Origin: Woeseiaceae bacterium
Lineage (GTDB): Bacteria; Pseudomonadota; Gammaproteobacteria; Steroidobacterales; Woeseiaceae
Assembly (NCBI GenBank): GCA_036259375.1
Contig: DATABW010000285.1
Span: 1 to 37,074 of the forward strand
DNA length: 37,074 bases
Reading direction: 5' to 3'
Numbering within the stretch: the stretch's first letter is position 1; the number at the start of each line of letters is the position of its first letter. The notes under the pieces are model-generated. The model was not told where the DNA came from, did not search any database, and was given only the letters and a program-made list of their open reading frames with translations. A program made the translations under genes and the position numbers. Shown here piece after piece: positions 20,075-28,389 of the stretch.

Positions 20075-22498
20075 TCATTCCTGCCTCAACGCCGACGCCG
20101 GATTGACCCGCGCCGCACGACTCGCCGGCAGCCAGCCGGCCAGAAGCGCCACCGAAACCAGCAGCAGCGCCACGCCGCCGAAAGTCGCGGGATCCGCGGC
20201 GCCGACTCCGTAGAGCAAGGTCGAGAGGACGCGGCTCAGCAGGAAAGCCGCCGCGAGCCCCAGGACGAGCCCCGCCAGCGCGGGCGCGACGCCCTGCGCA
20301 ATCGTCATGCGCAACACGCTGCCCGCGCGTGCGCCCAGCGCCATGCGAATGCCGATCTCGTACGTGCGCCGGCTGACCGCGTAGGCGATCACTCCGTAAA
20401 CGCCCAGCGCTGCAAGCACCATCGCCAGGCCCGCGAAGCCGCCCAGCAACAGCGTGAAGAAGCGTGGTCGGGTCACGGTTTCGGAAACGACCTGCTGCAT
20501 CGTGGTGATATTGGAAACCGGCTGGTTCGGGTTGATGTCCCAGATGGTCTCTCGCACGGCCGACGCCACCTGCAAGGGATCGGCAGCGGTCCGAATGAAC
20601 AGCTTCATGCTCGAGCGCGGCAACAGGAAAGCAGGCGCATACACCGCCGGCGCGGCCTCGCGCGCAATCCCGTCGTTGCGCACGTCGCCGACGAGGCCGA
20701 CGATGCGCAACTCGGTTTCGCCGAGTCGCAAGGTTTCACCGAGCGGGTTCCGGCCGGGCAGGTAGGTCCGGGCGAACGCCTCGTTGACGACCAGCACCGG
20801 CGCGCCGGCCGTTTCGTCGGCGTGGGAGAAGTCCCTGCCCTGTAGCAGCGGAATTCCGAGCGCGCGGAAATACCCCGGCGTGACGATCAGGACACCGGAC
20901 TCCGGCGCGACCGGCTCCGCGCGGCCGGGAACCGTGAAGGCATAGCCTTCGCCGCCCCCGTGCAGCGGCACGGTCTTGCTCCCGCCGACCGCGATCACAC
21001 CGGGAAGGTTTTCGACGCGGCTGAGAATCTCCCGCCGGTAGGCGCTACGCCGATCGTCGTCGAAGATGACTTCCGAGGGGGTCGAAATGCTCACGCTGAG
21101 CACGTTCTCGCCGGTAAAGCCCGGATCGACGTGCGTCAGGTTCCAGAAACTGCGAATCAAAAGCCCGGCGCCGACCAGGAGCACCACCGCCAGCGCCGTC
21201 TGCGCGATGACGAGCGCGCCGCGCATGTCCCGGCTGCGCCGGCCGGCGGAGGAGGAGCGCCCACCCTCGCCCAGCGAATCCTGGAGATCGGGCTTCGAGG
21301 CGGCGAGCGAGGGCGCGAGGCCGAAAAGCACTCCCGTCAGGATGGAGGCCGCGAGGGCGAAGGCGACCACGCGCAGGTCCAGGTCGACCTGGTCCGGCCG
21401 CGGGATAGTGTCCGCGCTGAGCGCCACCAGCGTGTCGAGACCGGCGTAAGCCAGTCCGAGCCCGAGAGCGCCGCCCAGCAGGGCGAGGACCAGGCTTTCC
21501 GTCAGCAGTTGCCGCACGATCCGCCCGCGATCGGCGCCCAGGGCCGTACGGATGGCGAACTCGCGCGCGCGGGCACTGCCGCGGGCGAGCAGCAGGTTGG
21601 CGAGGTTCGCGCAGGCGATCAGGAGCACGAGGGCCACCGCGCCGAGCAGCACGAGCAGCGCGGGCCGCACGTCACCGACGAGTGACGCTTTGAGGCTCTG
21701 CACCGTCACGCCGTTCCAGCCCTCGTTGCTGTCCGGATATTCCCTCGCGAGGCGCTGCACGACGGTATCGGCGGCCGCATCGGCCGATTCGGGCGTCATC
21801 CCCGGCGCCAGCCTGCCGACGACGTCCAGCCAGCGGAGATCGCGCCTCCTCGGAATGTCGTCCTCGCCGATCAAGGACAGCGGAACCCACATCGCCGCTT
21901 CCCTCGAGGGGAAGTCGAACTCCGCTGGCATGACGCCGATGATTGTGAACGCGTCGCCGTCCAGCGAAACGGTCTTGCCGACGATGCGCGGGTCCGCGCC
22001 GAACCGGCCCTGCCATAAGCCATGGCTCAACACCACGACATTGTCGGCGCCGGCTACGTTTTCCTCCGCTCCCGGCGTCCGGCCGAGCTCGGGGGCCACG
22101 CCGAGCAGCGGGAAGAAACCGGCGGAGACGAATGCAGTGTCGAGTTCCTGCGGCGCCTCGCCGCCGAGGAGGCTCGTCTCGCTCTGCCCCGGAATGAAGT
22201 AGTACGCCGCCAGCCCGGCAAACGCCGAATTGCCCCGCTGCAGGTCCTCGAAATCCGGCGGCGAAAACGCGCCCCGCGTCACGGCAAAACCGTCCTCCGG
22301 CGCATCGTGGAACACGCGCACTAGCCGGTCGGGATCCGCATACGCCAACGGCTGCAGCAGCACGTTGTGCACGACACTGAAGATGGCGGAATTGGCGCCG
22401 ATGCCGAGAGCGAGTGTGAGAACGGCCACGGCGGCGAAGCCGGGGCTCTTGCCTAGCGATCGAAACGCGTAACGCAGGTCTTCCAGCAAGGTATTCAT
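20075..22498 (-). CDS. ADOP-type duplicated MacB/FtsX permease, paralogue 8 (807 aa from ATG 22498)
   Basis: [43 protein letters not shown]; LLIACANLANLLLARG; [14 protein letters not shown]; tail ASALRQE. ATG 22498..22496 overlaps TGA 22497..22495 of paralogue 9 (ATGA). The 1020-aa ORF-track version is an out-of-frame overlap with paralogue 9. Confidence 0.9.
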   Translation of the reverse strand: MNTLLEDLRYAFRSLGKSPGFAAVAVLTLALGIGANSAIFSVVHNVLLQPLAYADPDRLVRVFHDAPEDGFAVTRGAFSPPDFEDLQRGNSAFAGLAAYYFIPGQSETSLLGGEAPQELDTAFVSAGFFPLLGVAPELGRTPGAEENVAGADNVVVLSHGLWQGRFGADPRIVGKTVSLDGDAFTIIGVMPAEFDFPSREAAMWVPLSLIGEDDIPRRRDLRWLDVVGRLAPGMTPESADAAADTVVQRLAREYPDSNEGWNGVTVQSLKASLVGDVRPALLVLLGAVALVLLIACANLANLLLARGSARAREFAIRTALGADRGRIVRQLLTESLVLALLGGALGLGLAYAGLDTLVALSADTIPRPDQVDLDLRVVAFALAASILTGVLFGLAPSLAASKPDLQDSLGEGGRSSSAGRRSRDMRGALVIAQTALAVVLLVGAGLLIRSFWNLTHVDPGFTGENVLSVSISTPSEVIFDDDRRSAYRREILSRVENLPGVIAVGGSKTVPLHGGGEGYAFTVPGRAEPVAPESGVLIVTPGYFRALGIPLLQGRDFSHADETAGAPVLVVNEAFARTYLPGRNPLGETLRLGETELRIVGLVGDVRNDGIAREAAPAVYAPAFLLPRSSMKLFIRTAADPLQVASAVRETIWDINPNQPVSNITTMQQVVSETVTRPRFFTLLLGGFAGLAMVLAALGVYGVIAYAVSRRTYEIGIRMALGARAGSVLRMTIAQGVAPALAGLVLGLAAAFLLSRVLSTLLYGVGAADPATFGGVALLLVSVALLAGWLPASRAARVNPASALRQE

Positions 22499-24963
22499 TG
22501 GTGGCGCAGCGCGGCGACCGGGCTGATGCGGGTCGCCCTCAAGGCCGGCAACGTGCAGGCCGCCAGCCCGACAGCGACCAGCAGGAGCGGTACCAGCAAG
22601 TACGTGAGCGGATCGAACGTCGAGACCCCGAAGAGGAGTGACGCCAGGAAGCGCGTCAGCGCGAAGGCGGCCAGCACTCCGAAGACCAGCCCTGCCCCCA
22701 CCAGCCACGCACCCTGTCCCAGCACCAGGCCGAGCACGTTCGACGACTGCGCGCCGAGAGCCATGCGCACGCCGAGTTCCGTGGTGCGCTGGCCGACGAC
22801 GTACGCGAGCACGCCGTAGATGCCGACAACGGCGAGCAGCACCGCGACCACCGCGAACACGGACAGGAGCAGGGTGGGCGCCCGCTGGCTGCCGAGTGAC
22901 TGCTCGATGCGCTCGCTCATGCTCATCATGTTGAAGACCGGCTGCTCGGGGTCGACCGCGAGCACGGCCGCGCTGATCTGCCGGCCCGCGGAGGCCGCCG
23001 GCAGCACCGTCCGGACAACCAGCGATGCCCAGCCGGGCGGCCGCTGACGGTAAAAGTGATAGTAGGTTTCCTTGGACGGGGCTTCGTGCAGCCGATCCCC
23101 TTTGATCGTACCGACGACCCCCACGATGGTGGACCACACCGGTTCGCCGTCATCGTTCTCCTGGTTGCTGATGCGCCGGCCGATCGGGTTCTCGTCCGCG
23201 AAATACTTGTCGGCCAGCAACTGGTCGATGATCACGGCGTGCGGCGAGTCGACTCCGTCCAGCGCGGCGTCGAACAGGCGCCCGCGCAGCAACGGGATGC
23301 CCATGGCGCGGAAATAGTCGGCGCTGACCGTACGGGAGTGGCCGTGGGGCGAGCTTTCGCCGGCGGCGAGCGTTCGGCCTTCGATGTCGTAGCTTGCCTG
23401 GTTACCGTCCTGGTTGAAGGGCAGGACGTTGGTCGCGCCGGCGGCAACGACGCCCGGCTGGCGCTCGATGCCGGCAAGCACGGCATCGAGGAAGCGGCGG
23501 CGCTCGTTGTCATCGCTGTATTTGCTGCCGGACAGCTCCATCTGCACGGCCACGACGTCTTCCGGATTGAAACCCGGCGATTCGTTCAGCAGCTTTTCGA
23601 AACTTCTCAGCAGGAGCCCCGCGCCGATCAGCAACGTCGCCGCCATCGCGACCTGCAGGGAGACCAGCACGCCGCGCGCGAACAAGGCGCCGCGGCTCGC
23701 GGTTTGCCCGCCGCCCTCCTTTACCACCTGTTGCAGGTCCAACCGCCACAAGGCGATCACGGAGATGAGGCTGAACGCGATCCCGGCCGCCACGGAGACG
23801 AAGAATGCGAATGCCAGCACCCAGGGATCGATGACGACGTCGAAATTCTGCGCGCTCCGGTCGATGCCGAACAGCTCGATCAACCGAATCACGATCCAGG
23901 ACAGCGACAAGCCGACGAAGCCGCCGCCGAGCCCCAGCAGCACGCCCTCGAACACGAGCTGCCGGCTGACCCGCAGCCGTTCCGCGCCCACGGCGGCGCG
24001 CACCGCCAGTTCCTTGGCGCGTCCGAGGACCCGCGCGAGCATCAGGTTCGCGACATTGGCGCAGGCGATCAGCAGCACGAACACGACTACCCCCTGCAGC
24101 ACGAGCAGGGTAAGCCGCACGTCCCCCACCTGGTACTCCCGCCAGGTTTGCGCGCGGCCCGTAAAGCCGGTGCGCTCCAGGAACTCCGCGTAATCCGCTG
24201 CGCGTTCGGAGGCGCCGACGAAGCGGTCCTTGTTGGACTGCACGATCGCGTCCATCTGGGCATCGAGCTGCGCGATGGTCGCACCCGGCTTCAGCCGCCC
24301 GATGCTCGTCGAAAACTCCCAGCCGCGCGACTCGTCGGAGACCATCTCAGGCGTGAACGCGAACGGCACGTAGAGATCGACGTCGCGGTTCGGGAAGGAA
24401 AAACCCTGCGGCATGACGCCGATGACGCGGTAGCTGTCGCCGTTCAGCCGGATATCTTTGCCGACGATGCCGCGATCGCTGCCGAAGCGATTCGACCAGA
24501 CCTCGTGCGTGAGGATCGCCACCCGCTCGTTGCCGGGTACTGCCTCGTCTTCGCTGAAGGAGCGGCCGATCAACGGGCTCACCCGCAGCGTCGAGAACAG
24601 CGACGGCGAGGCAACCAACCCGAGCAGGCGCTCCGCCGCGCCGCTGGCGGCGAGATTGAACGAGCTCCAGGTGTAGAGGGCCGAGTCCGCGAGCGCGCTG
24701 GCCTGTTCGCGCCGGTCGAGGTAGTCCGGAACGGAGACGCCGGCATTCTCCAGCCCGTTGCCGGGGTAGGTATTGTGGATCTCGACCAGGCGTTCGCCGT
24801 CCGGGTACGGCAGCGGCTTCAGCATGAATGCGTTGATAACGCTGAAGATCGCCGTATTGGCGCCTATGCCGAGGGCCAGCGTCAGTACGGCTGCGATGAC
24901 GAAACCGGGCCTTGCGCGAAGCGCGCGGTAGGCGAAGCGGACGTCGTCAATAATCGCTCTCAT
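22495..24963 (-). CDS. ADOP-type duplicated MacB/FtsX permease, paralogue 9 (822 aa)
   Basis: [37 protein letters not shown]; [16 protein letters not shown]; [14 protein letters not shown]; tail VAALRHQ. Confidence 0.9.
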   Translation of the reverse strand: MRAIIDDVRFAYRALRARPGFVIAAVLTLALGIGANTAIFSVINAFMLKPLPYPDGERLVEIHNTYPGNGLENAGVSVPDYLDRREQASALADSALYTWSSFNLAASGAAERLLGLVASPSLFSTLRVSPLIGRSFSEDEAVPGNERVAILTHEVWSNRFGSDRGIVGKDIRLNGDSYRVIGVMPQGFSFPNRDVDLYVPFAFTPEMVSDESRGWEFSTSIGRLKPGATIAQLDAQMDAIVQSNKDRFVGASERAADYAEFLERTGFTGRAQTWREYQVGDVRLTLLVLQGVVVFVLLIACANVANLMLARVLGRAKELAVRAAVGAERLRVSRQLVFEGVLLGLGGGFVGLSLSWIVIRLIELFGIDRSAQNFDVVIDPWVLAFAFFVSVAAGIAFSLISVIALWRLDLQQVVKEGGGQTASRGALFARGVLVSLQVAMAATLLIGAGLLLRSFEKLLNESPGFNPEDVVAVQMELSGSKYSDDNERRRFLDAVLAGIERQPGVVAAGATNVLPFNQDGNQASYDIEGRTLAAGESSPHGHSRTVSADYFRAMGIPLLRGRLFDAALDGVDSPHAVIIDQLLADKYFADENPIGRRISNQENDDGEPVWSTIVGVVGTIKGDRLHEAPSKETYYHFYRQRPPGWASLVVRTVLPAASAGRQISAAVLAVDPEQPVFNMMSMSERIEQSLGSQRAPTLLLSVFAVVAVLLAVVGIYGVLAYVVGQRTTELGVRMALGAQSSNVLGLVLGQGAWLVGAGLVFGVLAAFALTRFLASLLFGVSTFDPLTYLLVPLLLVAVGLAACTLPALRATRISPVAALRHQ

Positions 24964-24981
24964 TGTTGTTTCCCCGCCTTG

Positions 24982-25040
24982 CAGAAGCGTCTCACGGGCG
25001 GCCTGACCTCAGTTTCGAATCGCCCGTGGGAGGCTCCTAC
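24982..25040. repeat. Spacer palindrome family copy (~59 nt)
   Basis: cagaagcgtctcacgggcggcc ... atcgcccgtgggaggctcctac. The right arm matches the reverse complement of the left arm at about 12 of 14 core positions. It lies between the ATPase stop and the start of paralogue 9. The flank ggctcctacaSctccgtt is shared with the 34644..34707 copy. Confidence 0.65.
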
Positions 25041-25047
25041 AGCTCCG

Positions 25048-25788
25048 TTAATTCACTCCCACCCGGATTTCCTCGTTGGCTCGCAGTTCCTCCAGCGTTT
25101 CCTCGTCGACCACCTGCCCGTCGAACATGGCGATGCGCCGCTTTGCGCATTCGGCGAAGCGCGGGTCGTGCGTCACCATGCAGATGGTCGCGCCGTCGGC
25201 GTGCAGCTCGTCCAGCAGCTTCATGACGGCGTCGCCGTTCTTCGAGTCCAGGTTTCCCGTCGGCTCGTCGGCGAGCAGGATGGAGGGCTGCCCCACGAGC
25301 GCCCGCGCCACCGCGCCGCGCTGCTGCTGACCGCCGGAAAGCTGCGCCGGATAATGTTTCACCCGGTGCGACATGCCGACGCGGTCGAGCGAGGCCATCA
25401 CCCGCTCCTTGCGTTCCGCACGCGCCATGCCGTCGCGGTAGGTGAGCGGCAACTCGACGTTCTCGAAAACCGTGAGATCCCCGATCAGGTTGAAAGCCTG
25501 GAAGATGAAGCCGATTTCCTTGTTGCGGATGCGTGCCCGCATGCCGGCGTTGATATCCTCGACGGACGTACCGTTCAGCGTGTACCGGCCGTCGCTCGGC
25601 GTATCCAGCAGCCCGAGGATACTGAGCAGCGTGGATTTGCCGCAGCCGGACGGTCCCATTATCGCGACGTACTCGCCGCTGTGGATCTCGGCGTGCACCC
25701 CGGCGAGCGCGTGTGTTTCCACCTCGTCGGTGTAAAAGATTTTTTTCACCCCCGTCAGCTCGATCAACGGCTGCTCTTTGTCACTCAT
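25048..25788 (-). CDS. ABC transporter ATP-binding protein, LolD/MacB NBD type (246 aa)
   Basis: Walker A GPSGCGKST, signature LSGGQQQR, Walker B ILLADEPT, H-loop MVTHD. RBS GGGGAAAG lies upstream of ATG 25788. Confidence 0.95.
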   Translation of the reverse strand: MSDKEQPLIELTGVKKIFYTDEVETHALAGVHAEIHSGEYVAIMGPSGCGKSTLLSILGLLDTPSDGRYTLNGTSVEDINAGMRARIRNKEIGFIFQAFNLIGDLTVFENVELPLTYRDGMARAERKERVMASLDRVGMSHRVKHYPAQLSGGQQQRGAVARALVGQPSILLADEPTGNLDSKNGDAVMKLLDELHADGATICMVTHDPRFAECAKRRIAMFDGQVVDEETLEELRANEEIRVGVN

Positions 25789-25814
25789 TTCGGCTTTCCC
25801 CTAGGTCAGTGATG

Positions 25815-27068
25815 TCAATTCAGTTCGATCCGATCGTGGTCGTCCCACTGGGACGTATCCGAGAGCACCACGCTGTCGCCTTCCTGCAACCCGTCGAGAA
25901 TCTGTACGCGGTTGACCGACACCTTGCCGAGCGTCACCGGCACACGCACGGCCATGCCGGATTCCGGTTGCACGCGGAACAGGCGCAGCGTGGAGCCCGG
26001 TTGCCCGTAGGCGGGCCGGCCGACGTGCAGCACATCTCCGAGCCGCTCGATCAGGATCGTGCCGTCGACGGACAGATCCGGACGCGCGCCGGGCGGCAGA
26101 TCGCCGACGATCTCGACGTCCACCTGCACCGTGCCGTTCTGCACGGCCGGGTCGATGCGGCTCACCCGTCCCTCGACGATGCCGTTGCGCGTGTCGATCT
26201 GGACCGTCTGGTTCACGCGAATGTCCTTCGCCTGCGTCTCGGCGATGCGGAGCTCTGCCATCAACTCGTCCGGCCGCGCCACCCGCGCGATATTGGTGCC
26301 GGGCGTCACGCGCTGCCCCGATTCGACTTCCAGCGTTTGCAGCACGCCGTTTATTCCGGCACGCACGTGCAGGTTCGCGAACTGCTCTTCGCGCATCGCG
26401 AGAGCCTGGCGTTGCTGCTCCAGCCGCACGTCCGCGGCACGCAACTGCGCATCCACGGACTGCTGCATGATCTGCACCCGCTCCCGCTCCACCTCGAGGC
26501 GGACCTTCAATTGCTCGGCCGCAAGCTCGGCCCGCCGGTGATCGATGGCGGGAATGATGCCCTGCTCGGCGAGGTGCGCCTGCCCCTCGGATTCGAGGCG
26601 CGCGCCTTCGTATTGCGCGTTGACCGACGCCAGCTCGGCGCGCTGGTCGAGCACTTCCGACTGCAGCCGTACCTTCAGCGCCGCGTAATCGGCCTCGGCG
26701 GCGGACACGGCCGCGCGGGCTTCGGCGACCAGTTGCTCGAGCTCCGGGTTGCTCATCTCGACCAGCACCGTGTCCGGTTCGACCACGGCTCCCGGCTTGA
26801 CCAGCACCCGGTCCACACGCGCCTCGCTGGCCGCGGCAACCCAGCGGATTTCGCGCGGCACCAGCACACCGGGTCCGCGCACCTGCAGCAGCATCTCGCC
26901 GCGTTCCACGGTGTCGATGTACAGCGCCGCGCGCTCCACCGACGGCGAAGCAGGCTCGAGCGTCGCCACGAAAATCGCAAGCGCGGCGAACGCCGTGACC
27001 GCGGCGGCGGAGTAACTCCACCGCCGCGTCTGGCGTTTCCGTTTCAGGTCTTCCCGGACGAAGTCCAT
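25815..27068 (-). CDS. HlyD/MacA-type periplasmic adaptor (membrane fusion protein, 417 aa)
   Basis: N-terminal anchor WSYSAAAVTAFAALAIFVATL. Lipoyl-like hairpin flanks (VRGPGVLVPRE...VKPGAVVEPDTVLVEMSNPELE). Long coiled-coil (EADYAALKVRLQSEVLDQRAELASVNAQYEGARLE...). C-terminal beta-barrel segments. The gene is 26 nt upstream of the ATPase gene. Confidence 0.85.
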   Translation of the reverse strand: MDFVREDLKRKRQTRRWSYSAAAVTAFAALAIFVATLEPASPSVERAALYIDTVERGEMLLQVRGPGVLVPREIRWVAAASEARVDRVLVKPGAVVEPDTVLVEMSNPELEQLVAEARAAVSAAEADYAALKVRLQSEVLDQRAELASVNAQYEGARLESEGQAHLAEQGIIPAIDHRRAELAAEQLKVRLEVERERVQIMQQSVDAQLRAADVRLEQQRQALAMREEQFANLHVRAGINGVLQTLEVESGQRVTPGTNIARVARPDELMAELRIAETQAKDIRVNQTVQIDTRNGIVEGRVSRIDPAVQNGTVQVDVEIVGDLPPGARPDLSVDGTILIERLGDVLHVGRPAYGQPGSTLRLFRVQPESGMAVRVPVTLGKVSVNRVQILDGLQEGDSVVLSDTSQWDDHDRIELN

Positions 27069-27112
27069 GTCGGCTGTTCCCGCTCCCTCTCTGCAACTGC
27101 TGCCGTACTGTT

Positions 27113-27128
27113 TGCACAGGGCGTGCCA
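27113..27128 (-). promoter_or_regulatory. Candidate sigma-54 (-24/-12) promoter for the MFP-ATPase-permease unit
   Basis: The minus strand reads C-TGGCACG-CCCT-GTGCA-A, against the consensus YTGGCACG-N4-TTGCW: correct spacing and one mismatch. The -12 element lies 44 nt upstream of ATG 27068. Two GTGTTCGG direct repeats (27153..27160 and 27180..27187) lie just upstream. Confidence 0.45.
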
Positions 27129-27313
27129 GCTTTGAAAACGGCTGAAACCGGCGTGTTCGGCGGCATCCGGGTCTCGGCGGTGTTCGGATTCGGGACGCTA
27201 CGACCGGAATCGGACACTGTTGAGGCGACCGATAGGCCACATCGGCATTTCGCAGAACTTGCCTCGGAACACGCGGTCGCAACGTCGAGTCATCAACAGG
27301 GGGGATGCACGGC

Positions 27314-28387
27314 ATGAAGGTTTGGATGCGCTGGGGCGCGATTTCGTTGTACCTGCTGCCCGCCGCAGACGCGTTTGCCGGCGATGCGTATTCCGTCGAG
27401 CTCGTTCCGCTGAAGCCGGACATCTACCTGGTGCGGCGCCCCGATCCGCTGCGGGAGCCGGTCGAGCCGAACGCCCTCTTCGTCGTCAATTCCGATGACG
27501 TCATCGTGTTCGAAGGCGGCGGCGCGCCCATCGTGGCCGAGCGCACGATTGCGCTCATCAGGAGCGTGACGGGCAACCCGGTGAGCCATGTCGTGAACAG
27601 CCACTGGCACGGCGACCATAACCTCGGCAACCAGGTCTATCGCGCGGAATTCCCCGGCGTGAAATTCGTCGCCCATCCCGAAACACGGGCGGCGATGACC
27701 GGCCCGCCCATGGACTACGTCGAGCGCTACGGTCCTATGCTGGACCAGCTGATCGAGGACTGGCAGGGCCAGCAGGACCGTGACGAACTGCCGCCCGCCA
27801 GAAGCGAGCTGCTGCCGGATCTCATGCTGATGCGAGACGAGTTCGACAGGGTCACCGTTGTGGCGCCCGACCTCATGGTCACCGATCGCCTGGTGCTCCG
27901 GAGGGGAAATCGCGAGATCCAGGTCCTGCATCTGGGCCGCGGCAACACGCCCGGGGACCTCGTGCTCTGGCTACCGGGCGAACGCGTGCTGGCGAGCGGG
28001 GACCTGGTCGTGCACCCGATTCCTTACGGGTTCGGCAGCTTTCCGGCGGATTGGATCGCGACGCTCGAGCGACTCGCCGGATTCGACTTCGACCTGCTGG
28101 TTCCGGGCCACGGCGCCATACAGCACGACGCGCGCTACATCCGGCGCCTGCAGGCGATGCTCGCGGAGGTACGCCGCCAGGCCGCCGAGTCGGTTACCGC
28201 GGGTATCGGCCTGGAGGCTACGCAAGAGCAGCTCGACCTCGCCGGCTTCGAAGCGGAATTCGCCGGCGACGACGAGGACCGGAAGCGCAAGTTCGACGCC
28301 TGGTGGCGACGGCCGATCGCCCGCTCCGCCTGGCTGGAAGCGTCGGGCGAGGAAATCAGGCAGGGCGCCTCCGACGAGACGGGATAG
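27314..28387 (+). CDS. Secreted MBL-fold metallo-hydrolase (357 aa from ATG 27314; the ORF track starts at 27305)
   Basis: Signal peptide MKVWMRWGAISLYLLPAADAFA|GD. Metal-binding motif VVNSHWHGDHNLG (HxHxDH). Later GDLVVHP and VPGHG motifs. AGGGGGG lies 9-15 nt upstream of ATG 27314. Confidence 0.85.
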   Translation: MKVWMRWGAISLYLLPAADAFAGDAYSVELVPLKPDIYLVRRPDPLREPVEPNALFVVNSDDVIVFEGGGAPIVAERTIALIRSVTGNPVSHVVNSHWHGDHNLGNQVYRAEFPGVKFVAHPETRAAMTGPPMDYVERYGPMLDQLIEDWQGQQDRDELPPARSELLPDLMLMRDEFDRVTVVAPDLMVTDRLVLRRGNREIQVLHLGRGNTPGDLVLWLPGERVLASGDLVVHPIPYGFGSFPADWIATLERLAGFDFDLLVPGHGAIQHDARYIRRLQAMLAEVRRQAAESVTAGIGLEATQEQLDLAGFEAEFAGDDEDRKRKFDAWWRRPIARSAWLEASGEEIRQGASDETG

Positions 28388-28389
28388 CG

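Noticed and set aside
22499-23137. N-terminal extensions in the ORF track: 1020-aa version of paralogue 8, 881-aa version of paralogue 5 (13348..13551), 843-aa version of paralogue 6 (15860..15889).
   Set aside because: The extensions overlap the upstream gene out of frame and are compositionally junk. They also precede internal ATGs that have strong SD sequences and align with the N-termini of the other paralogues.
266-24963. Possibility that the periodic ~2.5-kb repetition is a CRISPR-like or satellite array.
   Set aside because: The repeated units are full-length protein-coding paralogues. No short direct repeats with unique spacers occur anywhere in the window.
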